Part shown: positions 1 through 9,800 of the stretch, piece by piece
How the letters are laid out: each line of letters starts with the position of its first letter
Position numbering within the stretch: position 1 is the stretch's first letter
Assembly (NCBI GenBank): GCA_041687115.1
Contig: JAWLCP010000004.1
Coordinates: 88 to 60,660 of the forward strand
DNA from: Anaerolineae bacterium
GTDB lineage: Bacteria > Chloroflexota > Anaerolineae > B4-G1
Direction: 5' to 3'
Length of the DNA: 60,573 bases
The notes under the pieces: model-generated
The model's input: only the letters and a program-made list of their open reading frames with translations
Told to the model about the DNA's origin: nothing
Databases searched by the model: none
Program-made: the position numbers and the translations under genes

Positions 1-1
1 C

Positions 2-103
2 CTGGAGATCACGGGCCAGGAGATCGGCGCGGTGCGCCACGAGACGGGAGAACCGGAGGGCAGGAAGCGAGGAGCCAGAGGCAAGGGGGGAGGGCAACGA
101 TGA
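2..103 (+). CDS. 3' end of a probable ABC transporter ATP-binding protein (partial)
   Basis: Frame 2 reads LEITGQEIG...GQR*, resembling the 'LEDVFLEITG' tail of ABC-2 ATPases. Its TGA overlaps the ATG of the permease (ATGA). Confidence 0.55.
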   Translation: MEITGQEIGAVRHETGEPEGRKRGARGKGGGQR

Positions 104-864
104 GGGACAGAATCGTCAGGCGGGTAATGGACGAGGTGAGCCAGGCGTGGACGGTGGCGGTCAAGGACATCAAGGTATACTACCTCAAGCCGGGCATGAT
201 CATGTTTGGCTTGATGATGCCGTTCTTCATGTTCTTCTCCTTTTCGGTCAAGCGGGAGATGGCGGCGGCGCAGGGGGTGGCCCGCCTTCTGGCGCTGACG
301 ACGTTCTTTACGGCTGCGTCGACCGGGCCGTTCATCATCCCCTTGGAGCGGCGGCTGGGCACCTACGACCGGCTGCTGGCGGCGCCGATGTCCCTGCTCT
401 CACTGCTGCTGGGCAAGATTGCGGTGGGGGCCTTCTTCGCCATCGCTGTCTCCGTGGTGGCGCTGATCGCGGGGGTGGCGTTGTTTGGGGCCCGGGTGGT
501 GTCGCCGGGGTTCCTGCTCGCCGGGGTCATTCTCAGTTCATTCTCCTTCTCCACGCTGGGGCTGATCTTCGGCTCCATCCCCACCCGCAACCCCGGGGAC
601 GTGCAGATGCCCAGCACGCTGCTGCGCTGGGGCTTGCTGTTTATCAGCGGCGTCTTCGTCCCGTTGGCCGAGATGGGGGTGGTGGCGCGGGCTCTGGCGT
701 ATCTGTCGCCGTTGACGTACGCGCAGGATCTGATGAACCACGCGGTGTTGAACGCGGGGCTGCTCAATCCGTGGTTGGACCTGGCTGTGCTGGCTGTGGG
801 TGGCGTGCTGTTCCTGGTGCCGTCGATCCTCATGCACCGTCGGAGCCGTCGTCTGGGATATTGA
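100..864 (+). CDS. ABC-2 type exporter permease
   Basis: About 6 TM helices, with 'ERRLGTYDRLLAAP', 'FISGVFVP' and 'SPLTYAQD' ABC-2 motifs. Confidence 0.9.
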   Translation: MRDRIVRRVMDEVSQAWTVAVKDIKVYYLKPGMIMFGLMMPFFMFFSFSVKREMAAAQGVARLLALTTFFTAASTGPFIIPLERRLGTYDRLLAAPMSLLSLLLGKIAVGAFFAIAVSVVALIAGVALFGARVVSPGFLLAGVILSSFSFSTLGLIFGSIPTRNPGDVQMPSTLLRWGLLFISGVFVPLAEMGVVARALAYLSPLTYAQDLMNHAVLNAGLLNPWLDLAVLAVGGVLFLVPSILMHRRSRRLGY

Positions 865-940
865 TGGCGCCGGAGTGACAGGGCACTATTGCGTCGTGAC
901 ATTTCGTCCTCGTTGATGGGAGCGATAGGGAGCTCGGTGC

Positions 941-3900
941 TCAGTCGTCGCCCTTGATCCATCTAACGTGGACCCTGGTCCCCTCACCGACCGCGCTGTC
1001 GACAGTGAGCTGGGCTCCGATGTCCTTCGCCCGCTCGCGCATGATTCCCAGCCCGAGGCTGTCGGGTGGTAGAGCGTCGACGTCGAAGCCGATGCCATCA
1101 TCGACGATCTCCAGCTCCACGTCCTCCGCGTAGCTCAGCTGCACGGCGGCCCGAGTGGCCCCGGCGTGCTTGGCCACGTTGTTGAGCGACTCCTGAGCGA
1201 TGCGGTAGAGGGCCACCTTGACGTCCACCGGCAGCGGAGAATGACCGATGATGCGGACGTCGACCGGGACGCGGGCGCGGCCTGTGATCGACTCCGCCAG
1301 CTGGCGGAGCAGTTCGCGCATCTCCGCGTCGGTGAGCGCGGATGGGCGGAGCTCGAGCAGCAGCGTACGCATCTCGGCGAGAGCGCCGCGGGTGAGCTCT
1401 CGCAGCTCCTGGAGCCGTTGCGCGCCTTGCTCAGGGTCTCTCTCCCAGATCTTGGGCAGCACGTCTGCGATCAGGCTGGCGGAGAAGAGCGTCTGGGTCA
1501 CCGCGTCGTGGAGGTCGCGGGCCAGACGGCTCCTTTCGGCGGCCACGGCGCTCTTCTCGGCGTGAACGCGCAGCCGGGCGTTCTCTATGGCCAGAGCCGC
1601 TTGATCGGCAAGCGTGGTGGCCAGGTCGATCTCCTCGGTGGAGAAGTCGTGCCTCCGGTGGTAGAAAAGGGACAGGGCGCCGTAGACTTCATCCTGAACC
1701 ACGATGGGAACGGCAAGATACGATCGGAAGGTTCCGCCGACGATGGTGGCCCAGGACCGCACGCTCGGATCGGTCAGCAGCTGCTCGCCAGTAGGATCGT
1801 TCAGCCGGGCCTGGACGTCCACTGCGGCAAACGGCTGGCGGTTCAAGGTGGCCCGGTTCGGCTCCGTGTCAATGAGGGGCAGCGGCCCAATGTGGATGAA
1901 TCCATCTGGCATGCCGCAGGCCGCCTCAATCTCGATCAGCTCGTCATCGAGGGCGAGGTGGTAGACGACCCCGGCCTGAGCGTGCAGGAGCCGGCAGGCC
2001 TGCGCGACGATGGTGTTCAACACCTCGCTCAGGGGACGATCGGTGTTGAGGATGGCCAGAACCTCTCGCAAACCCTCGGCCACCCGGCGTCGTCGCTCGC
2101 TCTCCTCGAGCCGCTCCTGTTCGGCTTCGTATAGCCGCGCGTTCTCCATCGCCGTGGCGGCCTGGGCAGCGAAGGCCTGGGCCAACTCGGCCTGCTCCAG
2201 CGTGTAGTAGTGGGGCTCGCGGTGGTCGAGGGCCAGCATACCGAGCAGCCTGTCTTTGACGATCAACGGTACGCCCATCCAGGAGCGGATGTAGCCATAG
2301 GTTGTGTCCAGTTCGTCGCCCGCCGTCTCCCGGAACGCCTTCGCCAGGTGGCTATCGCCGCGCACGTCCGGAATCAGGACGGGCTGCCTGCGCTCTATGA
2401 CGGCCCGATTGGCGCCGGCGTCCTCGACGTGGAAGCAGATCTCCAGCGCCTCGGCCTGTGGAATCGGGCCGCGATAGGCGAGCAGTCTCAACTGCTCGTC
2501 CTCCAGGACCATCACCGACGCGGCGTCGTAGTCGACGACGGATCTTAACTGGTCGAGAATCAGTCCCAGGAGCGGCTCCAGCTCCAGGGTGGAGGCCACG
2601 TTGTGGGAGACCTCGAGCAGCGTGGAGAGCTCGTGCGTCCGTTCCGCAACGCGTTGCTCCAGATTGTGCTGCGCGGCGACCCGGTCGGTGATGTCGGTGA
2701 CGAAGCCCTCCAGAGCCTCCAGGTCCCCCTCCGACGAGTAGACCCCCCGCCCGCGTTCCCATACCCACCGCTCGCCGCGGGGCGTGACGAGGCGATACGT
2801 GATCTCGAACGGGCGGCCGTCCGCCAGGGCGGCCTGTATGGCTTCCCAGACCTCCTCTCGGTCGTCCGGATGGATCAGATCGCCGTATGTGACGGTCTGG
2901 CCGCCGGTCAGGTCTTCTGGGTGGTAGCCGGCGAGATCCAGGCTGCCCTCGCTGACGAACTCCATGGTGCGGTCCCGATCGTTTCGAGCCCGGTAGGCCA
3001 TGCCGGGAAGGTTGCTGATCAACGTGGACAGCATGCGCTCGCTCTCGTGGAGCGCCTCGTGCGCCCGCTTCTGCTCGATGGCTACGCCGACGAGATGTGC
3101 GCCGACCTCGATTGTGCGGAGCTCGGCGTCGGTGGGTGCGCGAGGATGGCAGTAGTACATGGCGAACGTCCCAACCACGTCTCCTTCGGGCGAGAACACG
3201 GGTTCAGACCAGCAGGCGCGCAACCCGTAATCGAGGGCCAACTCGCGGAGGCCCTCCCACCGCGGATCCTCGGCAATATCCTCCACGATCACGCGCTCAC
3301 CGAGGTAGGAAGCCGTGCCGCAGGAACCCACCCTGGGACCGATCTTGAGACCCTCAATGGACGCCACGTACTCCTCGGGCAGGCTGACGGCGGCACCACG
3401 GTGGAGGTGCCCCTGTTCGTCCAGCAGGAGGACGAGCCCCTGCATCCCGGGCCACTGCTCCTCGATGATGGATACCAGCGTGTGGAGCGTCTCGGAGAAG
3501 CCTCCGCCGGTCGCGAGCAACTCCAGGAACTGTCGCTGACCGTCCTGGATCGCCTGGGCCCGCTTCCGTTCCAGCGCGTTGACGAGGATGGCGGCGAGCA
3601 TCTTGAGCAGCTTGATGCTTTCATCGGACCAGGCCCTCTCGTCGCGCACGGCATCGAACCCCACCAGTCCGAGGGTTTCCCCTTGATACTGCATCGGCAC
3701 GGCCACCAGGGATTGGATGTCCTGCGCCTGGAATGCGTCCCGTTCCGGGCTCGCCTCGGGGGGGAGGTCGGCAAGGGAAGGGATGTGGAGGACCTCTCCC
3801 TGCATCAGTATCTGGTTCGACCAAGCGAGGGCGTCCACCGGCACGTTCTTCATCCGCTCGATTTGAGGGTCGATGCCTGGAGCACACCACTCATGGGTGT

Positions 3901-5005
3901 TGTGCATCGTGCGCTTGTCTCCGGAGAAGAGGAAGACGTAGCTTCGATCTACGTCCATGAACTCCCCCACGGCCTGCAGCGCCTCGGTGACAGCCTCGTC
4001 GATCTCCTCTGGTGCCCGGTTTATGAAGTCCGCCGAGATGGTAGAAAGGAGATTCTCGAACGCCACGCGGCGACGCAGCTCGGCGGTCCGATGCTCCACC
4101 TGCTGCTCGAGTCGGTCGTGGGCCTCGCGCAGCTGCCGCTCGGCCTGTCGCTGCTCTGTGACGTCGATGCCCGTGGCGATGACGTATTCGACGGCACCAT
4201 CGTCGTCCAGGAGGGCGGTGTTCGACCAGCTGATCAATCGCCGCTCTCCGCCTCTCGTGAGCCAGTAGTTCTCGTGAGCCTTCGGGAACTGGCCTCGTTT
4301 GAGATCGTGGAACACAGCGCTGACCGAGTCGGTCTCTTCCTCCACAACGAACAGATCCCAGAAGCGCTTACCCTTGACCTCTTCAGCGGTCCAGCCCGTC
4401 GTCTCCTCGCACGCGTGGTTGAAGCCGACGATCCGCCTTTCCCGGTCCACGACCACCACCAGCGCGCCGGCCGTATCCAGGACGGCAGAAGTGAAGTTCC
4501 GCTCCCGCTCCAACGCCTCGTTCGCGCGGCGAAGCTCGGCCGTCCGCTGGCTCACCATCTCCTCGAGCCGGTCGCGATGGCGTTCGAGCTCCCGCTTCGC
4601 CTGCACCCGCTCCGTGGCGTCGATAGTCACGTTGAGGATACCAGTTACCCCGCCGGCATCGCTGATAGGGGCCAGCACCACGTCCCAATATGAGACGTTG
4701 TCGCCGGTCTCCAGACGGAGCGCTTCCTGCTCGATCGTCTCTCCCCTCAGAACGCGTTCAAACAGAGGGTGGGCGACCGACTCAGCGCCGGGCGCCAGAT
4801 CGGCGTAGCGTGTTCCGGGCACCGCTGGCTTGGCCGAAGGAGGCCCATGGCGATCGATGAACTCGGCCCAGGTTGGGTTGCAGCGCCTTAGCCGATAGTC
4901 GCGGTCGAAGATGGCGATGCCCATGGGCATGCGATCAAAGAGGGTGGTGAGGAGGCTCAGTCGTTCTCCCAGCAGCGGGTCACGATTCTCGGGGTTTGTC
5001 GGCAT
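941..5005 (-). CDS. Soluble multi-PAS/GAF sensor histidine kinase, HisKA_3 (NarX/LiaS type)
   Basis: PAS-PAS-GAF-GAF-PAS-GAF-GAF order, H-box 'ERSRLARDLHDAVTQ', and 'QESLNNVAKHA', 'DDGIGF', 'GLGIMRERA'. Start set at ATG 5005 (GGAAGGA upstream) rather than 5161. Confidence 0.92.
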   Translation of the reverse strand: MPTNPENRDPLLGERLSLLTTLFDRMPMGIAIFDRDYRLRRCNPTWAEFIDRHGPPSAKPAVPGTRYADLAPGAESVAHPLFERVLRGETIEQEALRLETGDNVSYWDVVLAPISDAGGVTGILNVTIDATERVQAKRELERHRDRLEEMVSQRTAELRRANEALERERNFTSAVLDTAGALVVVVDRERRIVGFNHACEETTGWTAEEVKGKRFWDLFVVEEETDSVSAVFHDLKRGQFPKAHENYWLTRGGERRLISWSNTALLDDDGAVEYVIATGIDVTEQRQAERQLREAHDRLEQQVEHRTAELRRRVAFENLLSTISADFINRAPEEIDEAVTEALQAVGEFMDVDRSYVFLFSGDKRTMHNTHEWCAPGIDPQIERMKNVPVDALAWSNQILMQGEVLHIPSLADLPPEASPERDAFQAQDIQSLVAVPMQYQGETLGLVGFDAVRDERAWSDESIKLLKMLAAILVNALERKRAQAIQDGQRQFLELLATGGGFSETLHTLVSIIEEQWPGMQGLVLLLDEQGHLHRGAAVSLPEEYVASIEGLKIGPRVGSCGTASYLGERVIVEDIAEDPRWEGLRELALDYGLRACWSEPVFSPEGDVVGTFAMYYCHPRAPTDAELRTIEVGAHLVGVAIEQKRAHEALHESERMLSTLISNLPGMAYRARNDRDRTMEFVSEGSLDLAGYHPEDLTGGQTVTYGDLIHPDDREEVWEAIQAALADGRPFEITYRLVTPRGERWVWERGRGVYSSEGDLEALEGFVTDITDRVAAQHNLEQRVAERTHELSTLLEVSHNVASTLELEPLLGLILDQLRSVVDYDAASVMVLEDEQLRLLAYRGPIPQAEALEICFHVEDAGANRAVIERRQPVLIPDVRGDSHLAKAFRETAGDELDTTYGYIRSWMGVPLIVKDRLLGMLALDHREPHYYTLEQAELAQAFAAQAATAMENARLYEAEQERLEESERRRRVAEGLREVLAILNTDRPLSEVLNTIVAQACRLLHAQAGVVYHLALDDELIEIEAACGMPDGFIHIGPLPLIDTEPNRATLNRQPFAAVDVQARLNDPTGEQLLTDPSVRSWATIVGGTFRSYLAVPIVVQDEVYGALSLFYHRRHDFSTEEIDLATTLADQAALAIENARLRVHAEKSAVAAERSRLARDLHDAVTQTLFSASLIADVLPKIWERDPEQGAQRLQELRELTRGALAEMRTLLLELRPSALTDAEMRELLRQLAESITGRARVPVDVRIIGHSPLPVDVKVALYRIAQESLNNVAKHAGATRAAVQLSYAEDVELEIVDDGIGFDVDALPPDSLGLGIMRERAKDIGAQLTVDSAVGEGTRVHVRWIKGDD

Positions 5006-5044
5006 GCTTGCGTTCCATCCTTCCAGTCCCCACCGTGGGGTGTC

Positions 5045-5098
5045 TTGCTTCTTCGCACCGAAGGAGTATACTATAGCACATCTTGTGGGATTTTGCAT
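5045..5098. promoter_or_regulatory. Overlapping divergent sigma70-like promoters for kinase and regulator
   Basis: Plus strand TTGCTT-N16-TATACT (5045-5072). Minus strand ATGCAA-N17-TATAGT with an extended TG. Confidence 0.5.
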
Positions 5099-5159
5099 TG
5101 ACGGCCGTGAGATTGCCCGGTGGGTCTGTCTGCGCCGTAGTCGAAGAAGGAGAGGGATC

Positions 5160-5801
5160 ATGGATCAGACGGATATGATTAACGTCTTGTTGGTCGACGA
5201 CCACGCTGTGGTGCGCAGCGGTCTGGGGGCCTTCCTGATGGCGTTTGACGACCTGGAGCTGATCGCGGAGGCGAGGAGTGGGGAAGAGGCCGTGGCGCTG
5301 TGCAACCGCTTTCATCCCAACGTGGTGCTGATGGACCTCAAGATGCCGGGGATGGGTGGAGTCGAAGCGACGCGCAGAATTCGGGAGCACTGGCCAGAGA
5401 TCCAGGTTGTGGCTCTAACCAGCTTCAAGGACAACGAGCTGGTGCACAGCGCCATGGAGGCCGGTGCGATCGGCTACTTGCTGAAGAACGTCTCCGCCGA
5501 TGACCTGGCCGAGGCTATCCGGGCTGCCCACGTGGGTCGACCGACGCTGGCACCCGAGGCGGCGCAGGCCTTGATTGAGTCGACCAGGCACGCACCCCAG
5601 ATTGGCTTCGACCTGACCGATCGGGAGCGTGAGGTGCTGTCGTTGATGGTCGAGGGGATGAGCAACCCGGAGATCGCAGAAGAGCTCATGGTCAGCCGAT
5701 CCACGGTGAAGTTTCACGTCAGCAACATTCTCTCCAAGCTGGGGGCCGACAGCCGCACAGAGGCCGTGGCCCTCGCCCTCCAGCACGACTTGATCTCCTG
5801 A
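5160..5801 (+). CDS. NarL/LuxR family response regulator
   Basis: REC (VDDH, LMDLKMP, LTSF, YLLK) plus LuxR HTH (LTDREREVL...TVKFHVSNILSKL). AGGAGAGG precedes ATG 5160. Confidence 0.95.
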   Translation: MDQTDMINVLLVDDHAVVRSGLGAFLMAFDDLELIAEARSGEEAVALCNRFHPNVVLMDLKMPGMGGVEATRRIREHWPEIQVVALTSFKDNELVHSAMEAGAIGYLLKNVSADDLAEAIRAAHVGRPTLAPEAAQALIESTRHAPQIGFDLTDREREVLSLMVEGMSNPEIAEELMVSRSTVKFHVSNILSKLGADSRTEAVALALQHDLIS

Positions 5802-5884
5802 GGGCGGTGCGGATGACGCGAGGATCCGCCCCGCGAGCCGAAGGACCCTCGTGAGCTCCCGAGCCCCTTGCACCTTCTTCCAGG

Positions 5885-5916
5885 CCCCGACGTCCATCGA
5901 AGGCGGGGATTTTTTT
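5885..5916 (+). terminator. Probable intrinsic terminator
   Basis: CCCCG...CGGGG stem followed by a T7 run downstream of the regulator. Confidence 0.5.
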
Positions 5917-5936
5917 CGTGCGTCGGGTGGCGGCTA

Positions 5937-5954
5937 CCTGGTCAGGTGACCAGG
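5937..5954. promoter_or_regulatory. Perfect palindrome CCTGGTCA-GG-TGACCAGG, candidate operator
   Basis: 8-2-8 inverted repeat about 45 bp upstream of TGtTAGACT (extended -10 at 6000-6005). Confidence 0.5.
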
Positions 5955-6066
5955 GCGAAGACTGATCGATGGGACGGTGCGCGAGCGGACCGGGTGTGTT
6001 AGACTAACTGGCGACAAGGAGAGTGTCAGGTGGAGGGAGAGGGCGTGTGGTTACGAGGTGAGGGTA

Positions 6067-6468
6067 ATGCGTGTCTTGGTGGCTGATGATCATCCGAAGG
6101 TCCGCTCCGCAATTCGGCTGCTGCTGGAGCAGGATGCGGATATTCGGGTGTTGGGCGAGGCTGTGGATGCGATGGGCCTCCTCGATTGGGTAGGTGCGGC
6201 GTGCCCTGACGTGGTGCTGCTCGACTGGGAGCTCCCAGGACGCGACATTGGGGAATTGGTTGCTTCCATTCGGCAGCATTGCCCTCGGGTGGACGTGATT
6301 GCCATGAGCGGACGGCCGGAGGCGCAGCGAGCGGCGGTGGTCGCGGGGGCCGATGCGTTCGTCAGCAAGGGCGATCCACCGGAGCGGTTGCTGGAGACAG
6401 TCAGGAATTGCAGAGGCACGACCAGCGACGAGGGATCCAGGGAGGTGCAAGACTCCGGGGTGTCGTGA
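6067..6468 (+). CDS. Receiver-only response regulator (NarL-like REC, no HTH)
   Basis: MRVLVADDHPKVR...LLDWELP...AMSG...FVSK; ends without an output domain. Confidence 0.85.
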   Translation: MRVLVADDHPKVRSAIRLLLEQDADIRVLGEAVDAMGLLDWVGAACPDVVLLDWELPGRDIGELVASIRQHCPRVDVIAMSGRPEAQRAAVVAGADAFVSKGDPPERLLETVRNCRGTTSDEGSREVQDSGVS

Positions 6469-6701
6469 GGCTGAGGGGCGGGCTCAATTTCCTGGTACGT
6501 GCCGGCGGGTGGTATCGTACCTTCGCAGGTACGCCCTGCATAGCGACCGGACCTCTTTGGCGGAGCCTTGGTTGTGCGAGCGTACTGTGGTCTGCAACAG
6601 CTTCCTCCGCCCTGAGCGCAATGGGGAGGATTACCACGACATCGATCTTCATCTGCAATGCGCTTGGTCCGTCTGGCGCGGGAAGGCGGATCACTGCATA
6701 C

Positions 6702-6730
6702 TTGTCTTGCTCTCGACTGGGGTTTATAAT
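6702..6730 (+). promoter_or_regulatory. sigma70-like promoter of the large kinase operon
   Basis: TTGTCT-N17-TATAAT. Confidence 0.6.
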
Positions 6731-6898
6731 GCTTGATGTACGCTCATCGATCGCTGGGTAGCCCGGGCGCATCCTCCTCACCTTCTCGAGAACGAGCCAG
6801 CCAGAAGAGCGTTGAACCATCTTGTCCTGCCCAAGCTCTGGGTAGAGACATGGATGGCGATTTTCGGCCAGACGGCCTGGGGAATCGACTGCCGGGGG

Positions 6899-9800
6899 AT
6901 GGGCTCGATGCGACGCGCACCATCGCTGTGCCTCATCTTAGGGATGCTGATCGGGATCATCCCATTGACCGGGATTTCCTGTGGATGTGCGCGGGCTAGT
7001 TCGGCTGGAGCCATCGTACCATCGCTGCCCGGCGAGTCCAATCGTGGATCTTCCCAGCTATTGGGGAGTAGCCCCGCGCCGGTCGCATCTCAGCACCTCA
7101 CATTCAGGCGTCTCACCCTCGAGGACGGCCTGTCCCAAAGCTCGATCTACTGCATCGTGCAGGACGGGCAGGGGTTCATGTGGTTCGGAACCGAGGACGG
7201 GCTCAACCGCTACGACGGCTACGACATAAAGGTCTACCGGCACGATCCGGACAACCCCCACAGCTTGAGCAGCAACACCATCCTGGGCTGCGAGCGTGAC
7301 CAGCGCGACGTGGTGTGGATCGTCACGGGGGACGGCACGCTCCACCGGTATGAGCCAGAGACGGGGCGCTTCATCCGCTATAGCCTGGCACTGGAGGACC
7401 CGTTCCAGCAACTGGGTGGCGCGATCACCACGCTTCACGGCGACGTGCAGGGACGATTGTGGGTCGGGACGTACGGCGACGGGCTGGTGCGCTACGATCC
7501 GGAGGAGGACGCCTTTTCGGCCTATCGGCACGACCCTACCGACCCCACAAGCCTGAGCCACCGGGTGGTCTGGCGGATCCATGAGGACCGAGAGGGTGTC
7601 ATCTGGGTGGGCACAGAGGGCGGTCTGAACCGCTACGACGAGGAGACGGACAGTTTCCTGCGCTACCCGTACCGGGATTTCCCGCCCGGCGGCTACCAGT
7701 ACGATCCGCCTGTGCACGACTACGATCCTGCGTTCCAGCCTCACAACCCGGATGCGCTGGGCAGCCCGGCGGTGACCTATCTGGCGGAGGACGATGCCGG
7801 TTCGTTGTGGGTGGGGACGCGATATGGGGGGCTGAATCGGCTCGACATGGGGACCGGACGGTTCACGTCGTACCTCTACGATGCGTCGTTTGAGCCGGAG
7901 GACCCGGGCACATTCTCCGGCAACTCGGTGCGCGAGCTGCTGGTCGATCACCTGGGCGCCATCTGGGTCAGCTCGGCTCACTGGAACGTGGACGAGACCC
8001 GCACCTACGCACGCCTGGGGTTGGAACGGTTCGACCCGGAGACGGGCGACATCGAGCGCTTCGTAGCCGACCCGGAGGACGCCTGCAGCCTTCCGCACGA
8101 CGCCACGTGGCGCATATATGAGGACAGCCGGGGCACGCTCTGGCTCCACACCTTTGCGGGTGGGGTCGAGGTGTACGATCGGACGACCGGGTGCTTCGTG
8201 CACTACGGCCACGATCCCGATGACGAGGGAACCCTCAGCGGAGATGACATCACCCGGTTCTACGAGGACGAGGCCGGGGGCCTGTGGATCGGGACGACCG
8301 TCAGTGGCATGAGTCTCTACGATCCCACCTGGGCGAAGTTCGCCTCCTACCGTGTGACCGCCCCGGACGGCGAGCGCCTGAGCAACAACTCGATCTGGCG
8401 CTTCGGCGTCTCCCCGGAGAACCTTGACGCTGAGGGGCGGGCACGAGCGCTGTGGGTCTCCACGTTCGCCGGCATCAACTACTGGGATCGTCGTGCCGAC
8501 ACCTTCACGTTCTACGAGATCGACCCGAAGCTTCCCGATAACCAGGCTTACGCGATCGTGGAAGACGCTGAGCGGGATGCACTCTGGCTGGCGACGAGCA
8601 TGGGGCTGGAGCGGGCGACGCTCCCGGGTGATGTCTCCACAGCGCCGGAGACGCTAGACTTCACGCGCGTTCTGACGCGCTCCAGCGCTGCGATAGGTTA
8701 TGTGCTGGATCTGCACCCGGCCGGCGCAGATCAACTGTGGGTGGCACAGTATGGTGTTGGTCTCCACCGCCTCGATCTGACGGCGGAGCAGATCGTTGCG
8801 ACCTATCGACACGACCCGGGTGACGAGGACAGCCTCGGGGACGACCGTGTGAGGGCCATCTTTCCGGCGCGGGATGATGGTCTGTGGCTGGTGACGGCGA
8901 GTGGCGTTGACCATTTCGACCCGGCGACAGAGGCGTTCACCCATAGCCTGCACGATCCCGATGATCCTCAGAGCGTGGCGGAGCGGGTGCTCTGGCTGTA
9001 TGAGGATGAGGCGGGCGCTGTCTGGCTGGGTACAAATGGCGATGGCCTGCAGCGGCTGGATGCGGGGACGGGCCGGGTGATGGTCACGTATGGGGAGGAG
9101 GAGGACCTGCCCAACAACGTGGTGTACAGCGTCCTGCCGGACGAGGCCGGCCACCTGTGGCTGAGCACCAATCGAGGCCTGGCGAGGTTCGATCCGGTCA
9201 CTGAGACCTTTCAGAGCTACACGTCTGCAGATGGTCTGCAGAGTAATGAGTTCAACTACAGGGCGGCCCTCCGCGCACCGGACGATGAACTGCTCCTTGG
9301 TGGCGTCAACGGGATCAACAGCTTCTATCCCAAGGACGTAGCCCCCAGCGCCTACGTACCACCCATCGTCATCACCGAGATCCAATTGGGCCCGCCCCGG
9401 CCGCCGCGTGGAGCTGGCGGAGGCAGTGGCACGTCCGCAGAGGGTGGGAGCGAGACTGTCCTGGAGACACCGACCCACCTCACCGAAGAGATCGAGCTCT
9501 CCTACCAGGATCGGATCCTATCGTTTGAGTTCGCCGCGTTGCACTATGCTATCCCGGAGCGGAATCAGTACGCGTATCTGATGGACGGGTTCGACAGGGA
9601 CTGGAACTACGTGGGCAACCGGCGCTTCGCCACCTACACGAATCTGCCGCCTGGGAGGTATACGTTCCGGGTGAAGGGTTCGAACAGCGACGGTGTTTGG
9701 AATGAAGAGGGGACTTCATTGAGCGTCACCGTCACGCCGCCATTCTGGGCCACGTGGTGGTTCCGCGGGATCCTCGGTCTGTTGGTGATAGGGGGCGCCG

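Noticed and set aside
2603-4693. Long antisense ORFs (696 aa here; also 10124-11446, 25494-26819, 26783-28171, 45630-46994, 57901-59244)
   Set aside because: They are shadows of GC3-rich genes on the opposite strand, with no motifs or RBS.
4911-5161. ORF-track N-terminal extensions making the kinase and regulator overlap head-to-head
   Set aside because: RBS-supported starts at 5005 and 5160 leave a normal intergenic region containing promoter motifs.
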